Positions 1 to 14,120 of a stretch of 64,000 nt of DNA are shown here, in pieces. This DNA comes from Lama glama (taxonomy: Eukaryota), in the NCBI GenBank assembly GCA_028534125.1, contig CM052831.1:22382001-22446000 (forward strand), read 5' to 3'. A program made the translations under genes and the position numbers. The notes under the pieces were generated by a model, which was given only the letters and a program-made list of their open reading frames with translations, did not search any database and was not told the DNA's origin. Numbering within the stretch: position 1 is the stretch's first letter; the number at the start of each line of letters is the position of its first letter.

Positions 1-3000
1 CAGAGGGGTGAGAGGCAGGAACAGGTTTCCCACTCACGACCTGTAACCCCTGGCAGAAATGCTGGTCCTGGTGCTGCAGCTGAGAAGGGAGCGCAGTAGT
101 TCAGTTGGGTGGGGAGTGGGACAGGAGACATTCGGACACAGTTGGCACACTTTTCCCAGGGGCTGAATGGAATCTGTCGCCAGTGACCTCGGGCATCCCT
201 TGATCCAGCGGTTGATTAGTGCCCTGGAACCCCTGGTCTGAATTGCATGGGCCTCCTTGGGACCTTCAGAGGCAGAAACAACAGATGTCTTGCAGAGGCC
301 AGCGTGAAGGAGGGAAATCTTCCTGCACGTTCGTTTGGAAATTCCTAGAGTTGAATCAAGGGAGAGAGGCCTTCTACCTGAGCTGCTTTCACTATCTGGT
401 GCCCTGGCTCTGTGGGCAGGCAGTGGGCTGTGGCTCCCTTTAGCATCTGGCCTGGGTGTGGACCTCTCATGCCCACCACCAGGAAGTTGAGGCAGAGATG
501 TCTTCTGGGATGTAGTTGCCACTCCCCGGTGGGGCCAGGGATACGGAGACCAGAGCTTTGCAATTGGTCTGCTTTGCCATCTGTGAGCAGGAGGCAGGCG
601 GGGTAGAGAGTAGGGACAGGCTCTCGAGGGCTGAAGGAGGCCCTGGGGTGCGCCTGTCTCTTAGGCCGGCAGCCAGGTGTGAGGTGTCCAGCCCAGGGCT
701 CTTTGGACCTCACTGCCCTCTGAGTTGGGGCACAGGGGGCCGTGGTCATGGCTTGGAGTTGGGGCGCAGGCCTTTCATTATGCTTCTTTACGATATGGAG
801 GCCGCTTGTCCTCAGCCCATGGTGAGTCCTTGTCCTCTCTGTCAGAGACGCGTCTCGGGTGCAGGACCAGCGGGCCTGTCCCCCCGGAGGCTGGCACATC
901 TCGGTGTTCTGTGGGGCCACTGGGCTGGGGTGACTGCTGCTCCTATCAGCTGATGGAGGCCCCACCTCTGTTAGCTGTTTGGCGAGTCAACCATGTAGAT
1001 TCACCCATACCCAGTTTGGGATCTTCTAACCAGGAGGGCCTTTGAAAACCACATAAATGCTGCTACCTCTCCTGCTCCTGCAAAAAGGAAAAGCCATGCA
1101 CAGAAACACCACGCCAGCAGGTGCATGTGTAGTGATCACCCAGAGCTTTCTCTTTTCTTGTGAGCATTCTTAAACCGCTGACTCACCTCTTAGCTGGAGA
1201 AGTCTTACACCCTTGAATGTGGCATCTGAAAGGCCCTTCCTGTGACGGGCCCAGCAGCAGCACATACAGTAAACCTGTGGATGTTGTTCTCCCCGAGAAG
1301 TGAGACCGGGGCCAAGAGAAATGGCATGGTGATTTGTCTGCTGATGAACCTGGAAGTGTGGGAACTAGGCTGAGGGACAGGGTTGGGGTGTGGAGAATGG
1401 AGGTGGCTCCAGGAGTCATTTCTTCCTCTGGGCACCAAGCTCGCAGTGCCCAGAGGACGTGAGTAGAAGGAAAGTGAGCTCACTCTGTTCATCTTGCCAT
1501 CTGCTTGTCCATCCATCGTCCATTCGCCAGCTCACTGGGCTGAGCACCAGAGGTATGAAATGGATGTCGTGGTCCCACCCACTGAGGCTCGCGGTCTGGG
1601 AAGTAGGGGACTCCCTGAGAACGTCAGCCGAATGGAGCTCAAATGAGATGGGTTGGGAGCCAGGTTGAGTCTGTGCAGTACTTGGAGGGTAGGACGATGG
1701 AGGATGGGCTTCTCCCCAGGCTGCTGCTCCCATGAAAGTGGGAGTCTGAGTGTGAGGCTCAAATTTGTTTCTGTTCCAACCCTCCAAAGTCCCTGTCAAA
1801 TACAGAAACTTCAGGATTGGTGTGCCACGGGTCTTAGGGGCTCTTCCTCCAGGGGGCCCACAACCCAGCCCCACTGTGTGGTGCTGGGGGATGGGAGCCC
1901 CGGGGCCTGGCTTGCTCATGGCTCTGCAGACCAATTTTGGGAGGAAGGAGCCATCCAGGATGGCCCTGACTCTGTTCCATCCCTGAGCTGGCTTTAACCT
2001 CTCTCCTCTTCCTAAAAAGCTGAACCCTCCCTTCCTCCCCCTCTTCCCGGAGACCTGTGGTAAGAACCTCCATGCACTTGGTGGCAGCTGGGTGCTGGAT
2101 TCTCCAGCAAGCCTTCAGGGCAGATCAGGCCCGATTCCTTTGCTGCCTCTGCCTCCAGGGCACTTTCTAATGATATGGAAGCAGCATTGTGATTGAAGAG
2201 TCTGGTCTTGGAGCTGATGCTGGGGTACAGGCACGTGGTGCAGCTGCCTGAGGAGAGCCTATGTGCCCAGCAAAGCCCCCCGTCCCCACCCTCCGTGCCC
2301 CAGGTCCACCAGGGTTTGCTGTGGCTCCTTGTTGCACCTGGCTCTGCCCCTGGGTTTGGGACAATTCAAAGACAGCTGAGGATGCCTTCCTGAGGGAGAA
2401 TATAGTACAGCTGAGCAGCCTTGATTTGGGCAGTTGTTAAAAACAGAGCCAGCCACCCAATGCAGGTGGACATCTGTGGCTGGGAGCTGATCTGCTCAGC
2501 CTGACAGGAGAAACCTGTGGAAGTTGGGCCTTTGTTGTCACTTGGGAGTCAGTGTGTTCTGAGGATGTCCCTGACTTATGAGAGTTTGTGACATGCTGTT
2601 GGGCCAGAGTGGCTTCGCTCCAGGAAAAATGTCTTTGACATACTTGTTGACCTTTTTGGGGTATGTATCACCCCCGCCAAGCCCCAGGGAGAGGACCTGG
2701 CAGAGGCGCTGCATCACGTGCTGGGGAGTGGGCTGGAGCCCCACCTGGATGCTCTGTGCAGTGTCTGGTTCTCTTAGTCCCCCGACTCATGAAGTCCCTT
2801 CCCTGCCCCATCCTTCCGGGAAGACGTGCAGCTGTGCTCCTTGGTGACTTGAGCTTCCACATTCTGTCCCAGGAGGTGGCTAAGGGCCTCATCCAGTACA
2901 GCTGCCACCAGGTGCTTCTGACTCCAGATGAATCTGCCCATCCCGGATCGGGGGTGTACAGAATGGGGAGGCACTGCCAGCCTGAAGATAACGCACCATC

Positions 3001-6000
3001 CTCCTTCCTCCACCTTCAACCCCGGGACACCAGGGCGACTTCTCTCTCAGTGGTTGGGCTGGTAGGGAGCCTGCTCCAGTCACCTTGCCAGCCGCTCTGA
3101 CTGAGGCCAAGTGCTGGATGTGTTCGGCTGGGGAGGGTTCACAGCCTTGCCTGATTCCCAGCTTTAGAGAACTACCCCAATATTTTGGAGGACAAACAGC
3201 TTGTACCTACTGTTTCTGGTTTGGAAAAACCATCGTTCAGCCTGAAAAAACTGAGTTTCAGGAGGCGACAGATGGAAGGAAAGGGCTCGGATACTGGAGT
3301 CAAACCATTCTGGCTCTGCCTCTTACCCTGTGACAGCGGGCAAGACCTTGCCTTTGCTGAGCCTTTCCTCCTCTGTAAGAACCACGCCCTTACCTGTCAT
3401 ACTGTGAGAGGATGCGTCTGTGTTGCCCCTGCAGACATAGGTCCTCACAGATGTTCGTCCCTTTCCTGTGCTGCTTGGGGAAAATGATCCCATGCTGTTC
3501 TAGGTGAGAGCTCTTTAAAAGGCCATTTAATGTTCCTGTTAACAGTCCTGGTCCTGTCCCCATGGGTGGGCAGTCACTGTCTGTTAGAAAACAGAGTCTG
3601 TGGTAGGGGGCTCTGACGAGTTAGCCCCCATGGATGGGCACAGGGCCATAGCCATCAGCCCCCACCACCCCTGGATGAGGATCGCCTGTTTCCCCTCCCC
3701 CCACTCAGCCACAGAGTCTCTCAGCGGCTTATCTGGCTTCTGGTTTTGTTTAGGGTTGTCCTCATCTGCCCCAGAACATCCTCTTGCTCTGGCTTTTTGG
3801 TCACACAACTTCTAAAATCTGTCCCACGGTGGGTGGGCCATAGTGATTCCCCTGACCCAAAGGCGCTTGTCCCCATCAGCTGCCCTGGGTGGGTTTGGCC
3901 TGCTGCCTCGGGGTCTACAGGTCTGTTTGCATTGCCCTCTCAGTCCTGCCCATTGGGTCATCGTTTCCAGGGCCTGAGTCCCGGAGGACAGGCCAGATAT
4001 CCAAGGATACCAGGCTGGCTGAGAGGGCCAGCACCCTCTCTGAGTCTCTGGAACGTCTTGCTGTGGGGATCTGCTGTGCCTGGGACAGTTCAGCAGGAAG
4101 AAGGGGAGTCCCTAATTCTTGCTGGGTCTAGCACAGACTTGGGAGTGTCAGGCCTGTGCAGGAGCCTCCTCACCCTACCGCACCCCTCACTTTGCAGCAG
4201 GAAAGTCCAGGAGAGGGAAGGGCTTTCCCTCCACCCATAGCTGTCTTTCCAAGCCTTGTGCCCTGAGCAAGGCCCCCATAATTCTCTGTGGCAAATGTGG
4301 GGGCAGTGTGCTAGAAATGCAGATTTATTTTTCTGTATTTTCTGAAACATAATCTTGAGCCATGCTCATTTGGTTTAAGTCCCCAGAGCTATTTGGGAAA
4401 GGATGGTAGGCGGGACGTGGGTGGGAAGTTAAATCTGGTGTTTGTGGCTGTGCAGTTGGTGTTCGTGTCTCTGGAGTGATGAACGGCACAGGGACCGATG
4501 GGCCTGTGGTTCCACTTACCACAGCTGGCCCACAGTGAGGCAAGCAGCCATCACTGAGGGCCCAGGGCCCCGATCCAGGGCAGCCGTCTATGCGAGGGGC
4601 TGTGCTTGGTTGTTGAGAAATCACAGGTTCAGAGAATGAGATTGGCTGATGCTGTTGGCAGATTGTGCAGTCCTGGAGCCTAGGCTGGGATTGGGGAAGT
4701 GGCAACAAAGGGGCTGACCCTTCAGGAGGAGAGGCAGCAGTGGGACAGAGTGGCCTGGGGACGTGGGCTGCCCCCAGCTGGAAGGAAGCTCTCAGAATTG
4801 CCCCTTTTCCCTCAATTCTTTGCGGCCCTAAGGCTGTTGTGTAGTCCTTCCATTTTGGAGACTTGCTTTGCTGCTTGAGAGGCTCAGATCTGACTTTTAT
4901 GAGGAGAGGTAAAGGGACATCAAGTGGGAGATCAGCTCATTGACCCCAACTTAAGTAACCGTGAGCTCAGCCCGGCCCCCTGTTCCCTGCCGACAGCCCA
5001 AGGTTGAGGGCTGGGAGCGGGTGTCCCCATGGGGCACAGGCGCCCTCCGACAGCCGATGCAAGTGAGTGAGTGCACAGCCTCTCTGGCAGGGGTTTGTGG
5101 AAGACACGGCCCACTGAACTGGGTTGCGGTGACTCTGCCTGAGCACGAGGGTCAGAGACTGGGGCACCCACGCCAGAGGCCTCCCGGGCCTACTTGGTCT
5201 CCATGTCTGTTTGATGGTCACTCTTCTATTACCTCTGATGTGGGGCACGTGGTGTGGCATTCCTATATGTTGGCAGCCAGTGAAAAACTTGTCAAAACCC
5301 TTGCAAGGTGGGGGTGGGGGTACCTTGCGGGGCCTTTGCCACTGTAGCTGTTGTGGGTACAATGTGCAGGGTGTCAGGGAGTCAGGCGGCAGCTGGTGAG
5401 GAGAGTGGAGAGGTCTGGACAAGCTGAGGGCCTGCGGAGTGAGAGTTACCAAGAGCTGTGGGATCTAAACACCACAGGATCCTTTGTTTTGCCGATTTTC
5501 CCCACTCCGTTGACGCTTTGCCATTTGAGAGTGAAGGAACCAGCCAGTATGGGTCCCCTGGATCTAGAAGTTCACACGGCAGAGGTGGCGTGTGGTGAAA
5601 TGACCGTGTGTGAGTCCAGCCGAGCTCGAGGGCCACGTGTGGCTGGGGCAGCGACGAGAGAGGTGGGAGGCCAGGCCACATCCAGTGCTAATGATGGTCA
5701 TCTTATGAAAGACTCTGACCACCCGACCCAGAGTGGGAGAAGGAGGGAGCTGGTGGAGCCTGTGAAGCGTCCCTGCCAGTGACCCAGCCTGGAGCCACGT
5801 GGGGACCAGGACATCAGGCAGGTGGGCACCCCCGGCTATCAGGGGAAGGTCAGACCCCCACTTCTGAGGTCCCAGCTGAGAACTGCTGCTCTGAGTCATG
5901 CTTGGGAGTCACTGCAGAGGACCCAGACCTTGCCTGTGGGAAGAAACAACTTGGCAACATGCCCACCCTGAGCTGGTGAGCAAATGAATCAAGAGTGACT

Positions 6001-8939
6001 AATTGACCGAGAGGAGTAAGCCACCGTGAAGGCGGAACAGTCTCAGAGAACACGCATCACATCTGAGCCCTGCTGGTGATAAAAGAGGCTCCCCCAGCCC
6101 CCGGGGTTTGGAAACTAGCACGCACTCAGTAACTGCTGGGCTAGAGAAAACCGCGGTAGAAACGAAACGCTGGGAGAGGGGCAACAGTGAACATGTTACG
6201 TATTGCAGACTTTGGGGATCTATGTAAGGTAGTAGTCCGAAGCAAACTTGTATCCTTGAATGAATTTATTAAAACCAAGAAAGATGGAAAATACCTGAAT
6301 TAAGAGCTTAGTTCAGGAGGCTGCAGAGGGAACACAGAGAGAGACCTTCTGGAGCTCACAGTGTTTGAAGAGCGGTGAGCAGTCCAGAGGCACTGGAGCA
6401 CTGATGAGGGCAGAGGAGTAGGGCTGGGTTGTCTGGGGCCCCGAGGGCCCACCGAGGGGTTGGGGTGAAGATTGTCGGCAGTGAAAAGATGTGTCTGCAT
6501 TCCAGTGCATGCTGCCTTCAGCCTACAGCGGAGCCCAGGGCCAGCCATTCTCTGGGCTGTGTTTTGAGCACCCTGAGCTGCTTTCGAGGGCCCTGGATGG
6601 ATGGGTAGGAGCCTTTGTAGAAGGCCGCTCTTTCCAGGAACACCAGGGTATCCGGTGGAGGAGCCATGCAGTCCTCTTGGTGAACAGGCACCATTGGGAG
6701 GACTACGGGCCTCTACCCTGGAGATTTCCTCACAGTGCCCTTGTCGCTTGCAGCCACCCCAGAGTTTCCCACAACCAACCTTTCCTGCCCGGACGGCTCC
6801 CAGCACCTGCTTTCTGGTCTCAATCCCCCTGCCGAACTGTGGGCTGCCGACCACGTTCCTCAGTGGTGCTGCCACTGCTTGGCCTCCAGCATCTTGTTCC
6901 CAGCTTGGCATTTGATGGTTGAGTGATAGTTGAGTGACACCAGGAAATGAGACAGACCCATAAATATTTGTTTGGTTCCTTAGTTGTTGTGACTTCTCAG
7001 GGACCTGCCATTCTTCAGCGGGCTCTGGATGGGCAAAGAGCCCAGCTTTTTGGATACTCCATGTACTGTTTTCCTTCCCTTTTCTGTCTTCCCTCTTTGT
7101 TTTTCTTCAAAATGAAAACAGTTTTGTTGTTTTGTTTTTGTATTAATGTAACAATGCTACATACTCGTTACTAAAAATTTCAAATAGGGGATATTACAGA
7201 GATTTCCAAGAGTCAAGTAAAAGTCACCTGAAATTGCGTCCCCCCATAAGTCCTGTCAATGGTGTGATGACTGTCCACCTGGAAGGATGTCTGAGTGACG
7301 CCTGAGCTGCCCCCATCCTGCACCCCACGCGTGATGCTGTGCACCTGGCATTTCACACTCACTGTCAGTAAGAACGGATCGCTTTGTCCTGTTGGATGGC
7401 TGCACAGGACTCCCGCACTGCTGTGATCCCAGCCCCTTGGGCTCCACCTGCATGAGAAGGCAGTGAGAGACACGACTGGGGCCTCATCTCTGACCCCTCC
7501 GGCCCTGTTCTCTCCTCTTGGACATGTCACCCTTCAGAAGGATAAATGTACAGACCATCCCCAAGGATTAAGCAGGTTAATGCAGGTGAAGCGCTCCGAG
7601 CTGCCTGAGCACCTAGTAGCAGCCGGCTTTGTGCTTCTTTCTCCTTCATCACCCTCGTTACGGGCAGCTCGGGGAGGAAGAGCTGTGGGTAGATTCCAGA
7701 AGCATGGGCAGACAGGATTCCTCCTGTCTAGAGTGCCTGGGCCCAGGGGGCAACTCAATCTAACCTGCCTGTCTCTTCTGGGCAAGCAGAGGCTGGCCTT
7801 GCTCCGAGACCTTGGGTCCCTTTCCAGCCTACAACTTTTCTGGTCTTTTCTGGCATGAGTGGAAGAGCTTGCCAGTGTTCTTCATAGTTCCACTGCTTTG
7901 TCAGCCCCACTGCTGGAGGCCGTTATATGGGCAGCTGGGGCTCCTGTTGCTCCCCAGGCTGGTCTGGAGGAACTGAGGTGGCCTTTGTGACAGTGGTCAC
8001 ACTGTTGTTATCGAGGAGAGAACCTCTCTTACCTGGTTTTGCTTGGGGAATGCCAGGTACTGCCACTCTGAAAGTCTGGCCAAAAAGAGGAGATGGTTTG
8101 TGGTGGTGTGCTGCTCTGTGCATCTTCCTATAATGGATTTCAGGCATGGAGAAGAGCCCTCCCCCCTCCCTGGGAGATCATGCTCCCTACCCCAAGTCTC
8201 CCTGTGCTCACTGGTCCTCAGAGTGCAGCTGAGGGCAGGCCTGGCACCACCCTTGGGACAGTCGTGCTGTCTCAGCACCTGAGAAGCCAGAGTGGCACGT
8301 CTCCTCCCAAGGCCCCAAAGTGAGGAAAGTGACGTGCCTGTTAGAAGAGCCGTCACATTGCTCCCCTGCAGGGCACCTTCAGTAACCCCCTGCCAGCCTC
8401 GTTCCTGCCCTGATTCTGGCCTCTTGTGTCTCCTGGGCTCCCCGACTGCGCCCTGCCTCCGCTCATTGGCTCCTCCATGGGGCTCCGGGCTTCTCTGGTC
8501 AGTCACAGGGTGTTGGGGGTGGAGGCGGGGAGCACAACCTGGGTCAGGGGCATCGAGTTCTAGTCCCATTGCTGGGCCTGGGTTAAGTCGCTTCATCTCT
8601 GTGACCTCCGGCTTCTCTTTGGGCAGGGGGACAGTGGTGCTGGCCCCGGTGGGACTGTCAGCAGGGACTGTCCCACTTACTCCTCTCTGCCATCCCTCGA
8701 CCCCGTGGCCTGGCCTTTGTCCTGTTAGTGGTGCTCGGGGACAGAGGTCTCAGCAGTAGTCCTCGTGCTTGGGCACCTGCAGGTTCCTTGGCCAAAGGTT
8801 GGGGAGGACCCTGGGCTGAATGAGGCTCTCAGCCCTTTGTCCTGCTGCTGCCTTCACTCAGGAGCTTCTGGTTTTCTTCCCATGCATTGAGTGTCTAGAG
8901 TGACCTGTGGTGTTTGTTCTTTTTGGTTTATTCTGATAG

Positions 8940-9065
<126 letters not shown>

Positions 9066-9344
9066 TGAGGTGTCTTGGGGACGCCTGGGCTGGGTTTCAC
9101 CAGCTTCCTTGGTGGCTTTCAGCGACCTGGAAGGCTGGATCTTGGGGTGGGGCACTCAGACCCTGGGCGCTTGCCCCCCAGAGCCGATGTGCTGCAGGTG
9201 CTGACCCCGTGGCCACATCTCAAAACCCTGACTGCTCAAACCAGCATGAGTTGGAAGGAGTCTGGATTGTTGTTGCCATGAAAAAGTTAAAACAAAGTTC
9301 GTTAGTAACTTCTTTTTCCTGATTATAAGTGAATGATTAGATAA

Positions 9345-9480
9345 TTATTGGATGTTTACCCTGGGCCTGGTACTGTGGGTAATGTGGCAAGAGCTTCTCA
9401 CCTCATTTATTCCTCGTGGCAGCCCCATGGGATGGGCCCTCTCTTCCCTGTTCTGTGGATGGGGAAACCAGGTCTCAGCA
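9345..9480 (-). mobile_element. MIR SINE fragment
   Basis: Degenerate reverse MIR core (cctcatttattcctc...ctgttctgtggatggggaaaccaggtctcag). Confidence 0.5.
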
Positions 9481-10734
9481 GATGGCGGGGTAGAGGTTGC
9501 CCCAGGGCCTCTACTCCATCGTCTGACGACCTTTGCTTCCTGGCTGCTCATGTGCTGTGTCCACAGCTTCAGGGAGAGGATGTGTGTGAGGAGGTCCTGC
9601 CCCGCCTTGTCACCCTTTGCCCCAAGGCTTTCCGCCTCCCAGCCCTGATGCCTCCTGCCCAGACTGCTCAGCCCTCACGACCTGCCTCCTGCAGGGCACC
9701 CTGGCCCTGGGATCTGGCCCAGATTCTGGCACCCGGGAGGCTTCAGGAGCATTGAAGATTCCACTAGTCAGAGGTCTTTCTTCAGTTTATGTGTGGTGCT
9801 GCTTGTTCAGAGAACTGCACTTCCCTCAGGGGGAGGAAGCGGTGGCCGTTTTGAGCCAATGTTGGCCTGGTGGGTCGCTCAGAATGTTCATCCCATTGCT
9901 GCTGGGCTTCCCAGGATAGTCCCACTGGCCTCCCAGTGAGCCCCAGCCCCAGCCAAATGGACTGGCTTTGGTTGCACCTCTGCCAGTAAAGCAGAGGGAG
10001 GTTGGAGGCTTTTTCAGCACAGCCTGGATAAGAGCTGGCAGGCATCTTCCCACACCAGCACCAGTTCCTGTGCTAACCAGACAGGGTAGAGGAAGCAAAG
10101 GGGACTCCTGAGGCTTCCCTGGGCATGGAGGCCCATCTCATTGCTTAGAAAGACTAGGGAAACTGGTACAGTAAATTCACAAATAAAGTCACGGTAAATG
10201 AAATTCGCATAGCACAAGAGGTAACCTGGTAGGAGGTAGGACTTCCCCTACCCTGGCCTGTCCTCAGGCAGCCGCTGCCATCACAGGACCCCATAAGCAG
10301 GGGTGTGTCTGCCAACATTCTGTTTGGGAAGGGGACACATGAGAGACCCTAGATGCCCATCAGGGTAGCAGTAAACAGTGGTGCTGCTCTACGAGTGATG
10401 AGGAGCTTCCCTAAGAACCAGGCTTGTAGCTGCATCTTGATGGGGAAAGCATCCTGGGCACGTTGAGTTTTAATCTGTGGATCCGGGGGTGTTTCTGTGG
10501 CCTCAGTTCATGACCGGCCATGTTTCACAATTCCTGCCATCCTGGGAGTGTCCTTAGATGAGTGCAGCTGCATGTGGCCGACACCCTCCAGCAGGGAGCG
10601 CTCTTGTTCAGCTTTTGTTGGAGGAGCCTCAGGGCATGAAGATCCTGAGATGTGGAGTAATGGGTGTGATACTGACTCCTCCCTGGGGGCCAGTGTCTGT
10701 GCCTACAGCCCTGTGAGGCAGAAACTACGATCAT

Positions 10735-10860
10735 GCCCTTTTCACAGATGAGGAAACTGAGGAACGGAGAGGTTGAGGTCCTTCCCTAGTGCCACATGGT
10801 AAGAGCCAGGATCTTAACCCTAGTGGTCTGTCTGGCCTGGAGTCTGTATCTGAACCACTT
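10735..10860 (-). mobile_element. MIR SINE fragment
   Basis: Diagnostic core ttttcacagatgaggaaactgagg...agaggttgag...gagccaggat. Confidence 0.8.
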
Positions 10861-10899
10861 CTCACAGTGAAGCTGACCAGGCCACCCTTCTAAGGAACA

Positions 10900-11135
10900 T
10901 CTGTTTTAGTAGAGAGACAGATGATAAACAAAGAAAAGGGACAGAGATGAAATAACTACCAACTCTGATGCTATGAAGGAAGTAAATGGAGGGCTACGAT
11001 AAAAACTAGCAGGAGGGCCAGGGAAGGCTTCTCTAAGAAGGTGTTAGAGCAGACACTTCGGCCCAAGGAGCCAGCTGCATGGAACTTGGGCCTGGGACGC
11101 CCCAGGCACAGGGAGCAGCCAGTGCAAAGGCCCGA
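10900..11135 (-). mobile_element. L2 LINE fragment
   Basis: tagtagagagacaga...gctatgaagga...gccagggaaggcttctct...cagtgcaaaggcc resembles the reverse L2 3' region. Confidence 0.55.
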
Positions 11136-11376
11136 TAGTGATAGTGTCTCCCCATCCTGCCAGGGCACCCTGGTCCCCTGGGGACCTGTCTAAAAAGCCT
11201 GCTCTCCAGGGAGGTGGGGCAGGTCCCAGAGATGAGTGGGGGTGTCAGGTGGGGACCGTAATACCACCAGTGGTCCAGAACTTCGGGGATGGCCTTTGGG
11301 CCCATTTTCTCCCTGGAGAAGGACTGGCAAAGGTTTTTTCTTCCCCCTGATTCTGTATGCTTGTTGATCTCGGCAG

Positions 11377-11475
11377 GTGATGGTTTGGAAGAGTAACTTT
11401 GACATTGTCGACTATGGAGAAGTCATGAAAGTGCAGAGGCCTCCAGCCACGCTGGCCAGCTCCTCTGGGACTCTG
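11377..11475 (+). CDS. POC1A: POC1A internal coding exon (99 bp, apparent exon 9): [33 protein letters not shown]
   Basis: CAG acceptor (AG 11375-11376), GTAAGT donor at 11476, phase 0/0. VMVWKSNFD closes the final WD40 repeat of POC1 proteins. Confidence 0.96.
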
Positions 11476-13512
11476 GTAAGTGGCTTGACAGGCACATCCC
11501 AAGCCCTGTGACTGGTGGGCTGGGTCATGGCGAACAGCACTGGGCTCGGGGATGGTGGGGCTGCAGGCTTAGGCCAGTCATGGAGAAGAGACCCTGGTCA
11601 CTTACCAAAAATTGCTTAGGTGCTCATGGGGCTTGGTTTCAAACCTGGAATGAACAGACAAGACATGAAGAGGCTGTTAGAGTAGACAGCTGGGTGCCTA
11701 GGCCCCATACCGTTTGGTGGGGGTGTTTCCATGGCACAGGCTGCTGGTTGAGGCCCGAGGAAAGGAGGGACCTGTCCCATGCTGAGCCCGGAGCCACAGG
11801 ACCCAACGTCAGGTTCCTAGAGGGTATGGGGCCTGAAGCCACAGCTGGGAGAAATAGGAAGGGCCCCAGCCCTGCTGTTCTCACTTCCTTTTTTTTTTAA
11901 ACCATGGAAAGGAAGTTTCTCAGCCACAGACCATTTTTAGTTCCTTTGTTGGTAAAAGGGCATCAGTGTTCCTGAATTAAAATAGTTAACAATATTTGTT
12001 GGACAAATATTTAGGGAGAGGAAGATAACTGATAGGGTCTCAATGAATAAGGTCACATTCAGCTTTGGCTGAAATAAACAGTAACGCCAAGGAGGCGGAG
12101 CCCTGAGGGTTGTAAGTGCCAGTGGCCGCAGGCTGTTTAAATCTCTCCCTCCTGGACCTTAGAGGCAGCGTGGCCTCTCCCGCCGCGGAAACTGGCCTGA
12201 ACAACAGGAAGTGGCTTGCCCAAGGCCCCCAACGAGTCAAGGTTGGCCCAGAATAGAACCAGGAAGCCTCCAAGTCCATCCTGGGGCTTTCTTTGGCTCC
12301 AGCAGAGGGCCCCGCCCCGCACATGCCCGGCCTGCGTGTCTCTAGGAACAGGCCAGGTTGGGATTTAAAGCTTTCCTTCCAAGGGTCACCCTTGGCCCAG
12401 AGTTTTTGTTCTCCCTCCACGTTTGCTAAGGAGTGGCCAGTTCTCAGCTTCCAGGTTTGCTGGGGGTGACCGGGTTTCCTGGTGGTCTGCTTGCTGCCAT
12501 TTTATATCCACCTAGAAAAGCATTTTCCAGGCTGTGGAGTTGGCGTCCTCTGGGGTATTTGGCCAGCTCCCCCTACCAGCTCCCACACTTTTGGGTATTT
12601 ATGGTGAGCCAGGCCCAGCCGAGGCCTTTTCGTGTACCGCCCCGTGTATTCCTTACCTTGTCAGGGTGAGTGGGTAAGGTTACTGTTCTCATTCACAGAT
12701 GAGACACCTGGGGCTTAGTCACCTGCCCCGGTGCCTGGACCTGGGGACCCACCGTGCTGGTCCCTCTGAGTAGGACTGACTGAGCTGGTTATTGCTGGTG
12801 GTCGAGGGCTGCCTGGAAGCGCTTCCCCTTCCCAGGGTAGGGCCCTGCCACTTGTCTCTTGGGAATGGCTAGTAATCATCAGCAAGGAGAGAACCCTGTG
12901 CTCCTTTTCTTGTAGCTGTTGGGAAAGTAACAATTTGCCTCTTGTCCCTGCAGTCCTGACTCAGAGATGGGCTGTGGGGCATCACCACTTCCCATGGCTG
13001 TGGGGCCTGATCATCTAGGATGAAGGGTGTGGGGAGGGGAAAGCCAGCAGGACAGTCAGGGTAGGGCCTGGGTGGGCGAACCATCAGCAGGGCTTAGGAA
13101 GACAGGCCTGTGACGGAGCTGTTGTCACAGGTCTGCCCAATGGGCGTCACCACATGGGGCTCAAATCAGGGAACGCATATGGGCTCTGGAGTCTGAACCC
13201 TGGCTGTGTGGTCCCAGGTAAAGCACCCACTCTTCCCAAGCTTTCATTCCACGACGGGACCTGAATATCCCCAGAGGCAGGCTCTGAGGACCCCACATGT
13301 GACACAGGTGAGCTCTGCCTACTCACAAAGTGACTTGACTTACTAATCCTAAAATTGTTCCTTGTTTAGGGCTTTTTCCTCATTTGTTACAAGCCCCTTT
13401 GAGACTCTGAGTTGCCACAAAAGTTCTCCTCCAGACACACGTGTGCCACTGGTGTACACTTTCAGGGGCTGCTCTGATCTCAGGACTCCCAGGCCAAGAG
13501 GAGATCTAGGGG

Positions 13513-13657
13513 TTTTGTTTGTTTTGCTTTATATACATAACATAAAATTTATTTTACCTATTTTTAAGTGTGCAGTTGATTAGCTTTAAGTACATTCACA
13601 CTGTCTGGGCAACTATCACCACCACTGTACACAGAACTTTTTCATTTTCCCAAGCTG
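13513..13657 (-). mobile_element. Old L1 (L1MB-like) 3' end fragment
   Basis: cataacataaaattt...tttttaagtgtgcagtt...agtacattcacactgt...caactatcaccac...agaactttttcat. Confidence 0.7.
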
Positions 13658-13924
13658 GGGCGAGCCAGTTGGTATAGCGCTGCTAAGTGGCTAGGCTAGT
13701 GGTTTTCCCTGAGGTGGGGAGGCAAGCTGGCAAGTGTGATCTCACCCTTCCTGCCCAAGGGCTTCCATGGTGCTGAGATCGTGCCTGGTGACCAATTCTG
13801 TGACTGGCCAGGGGTCTCAGCTCCTCAGGGAGCCCAGGTACTCTGCAGCCATGTGCCAGGAGCTGGTGAGTTCAGGGAGCCTCCCCCTCTCCAGCTCTGT
13901 CCACACATCACCCTTCCAGCAACC

Positions 13925-14120
13925 CAGGGGTTCTCAACCTCGGCACTATCTATCCTTTGGGCCAGACAAGTCTTGTTGGGGGGGCTCTCCTGCGCATTGT
14001 AGGATGTTTAGGAGCACCCCACTAGCTGCTGGTAGCATCTCCCCAGCCCCAGTGACAGTCAGAATGTCTTCAGGCATATGCCTCCTGGGGGCTAGAGCTG
14101 CTTCCAGTTGAGAATCACCG
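13925..14120. mobile_element. MER20-like hAT-Charlie DNA transposon (near full length)
   Basis: Terminal inverted repeats CAGGGGTTCTCAAC and GTTGAGAATCACCG, with the internal gcattgtaggatgtttag motif typical of MER20. Confidence 0.85.

Noticed and set aside
1-8939. Upstream POC1A WD40 exon
   Set aside because: I found no matching WD40 peptide with splice sites here; the preceding exon probably lies upstream of the window.
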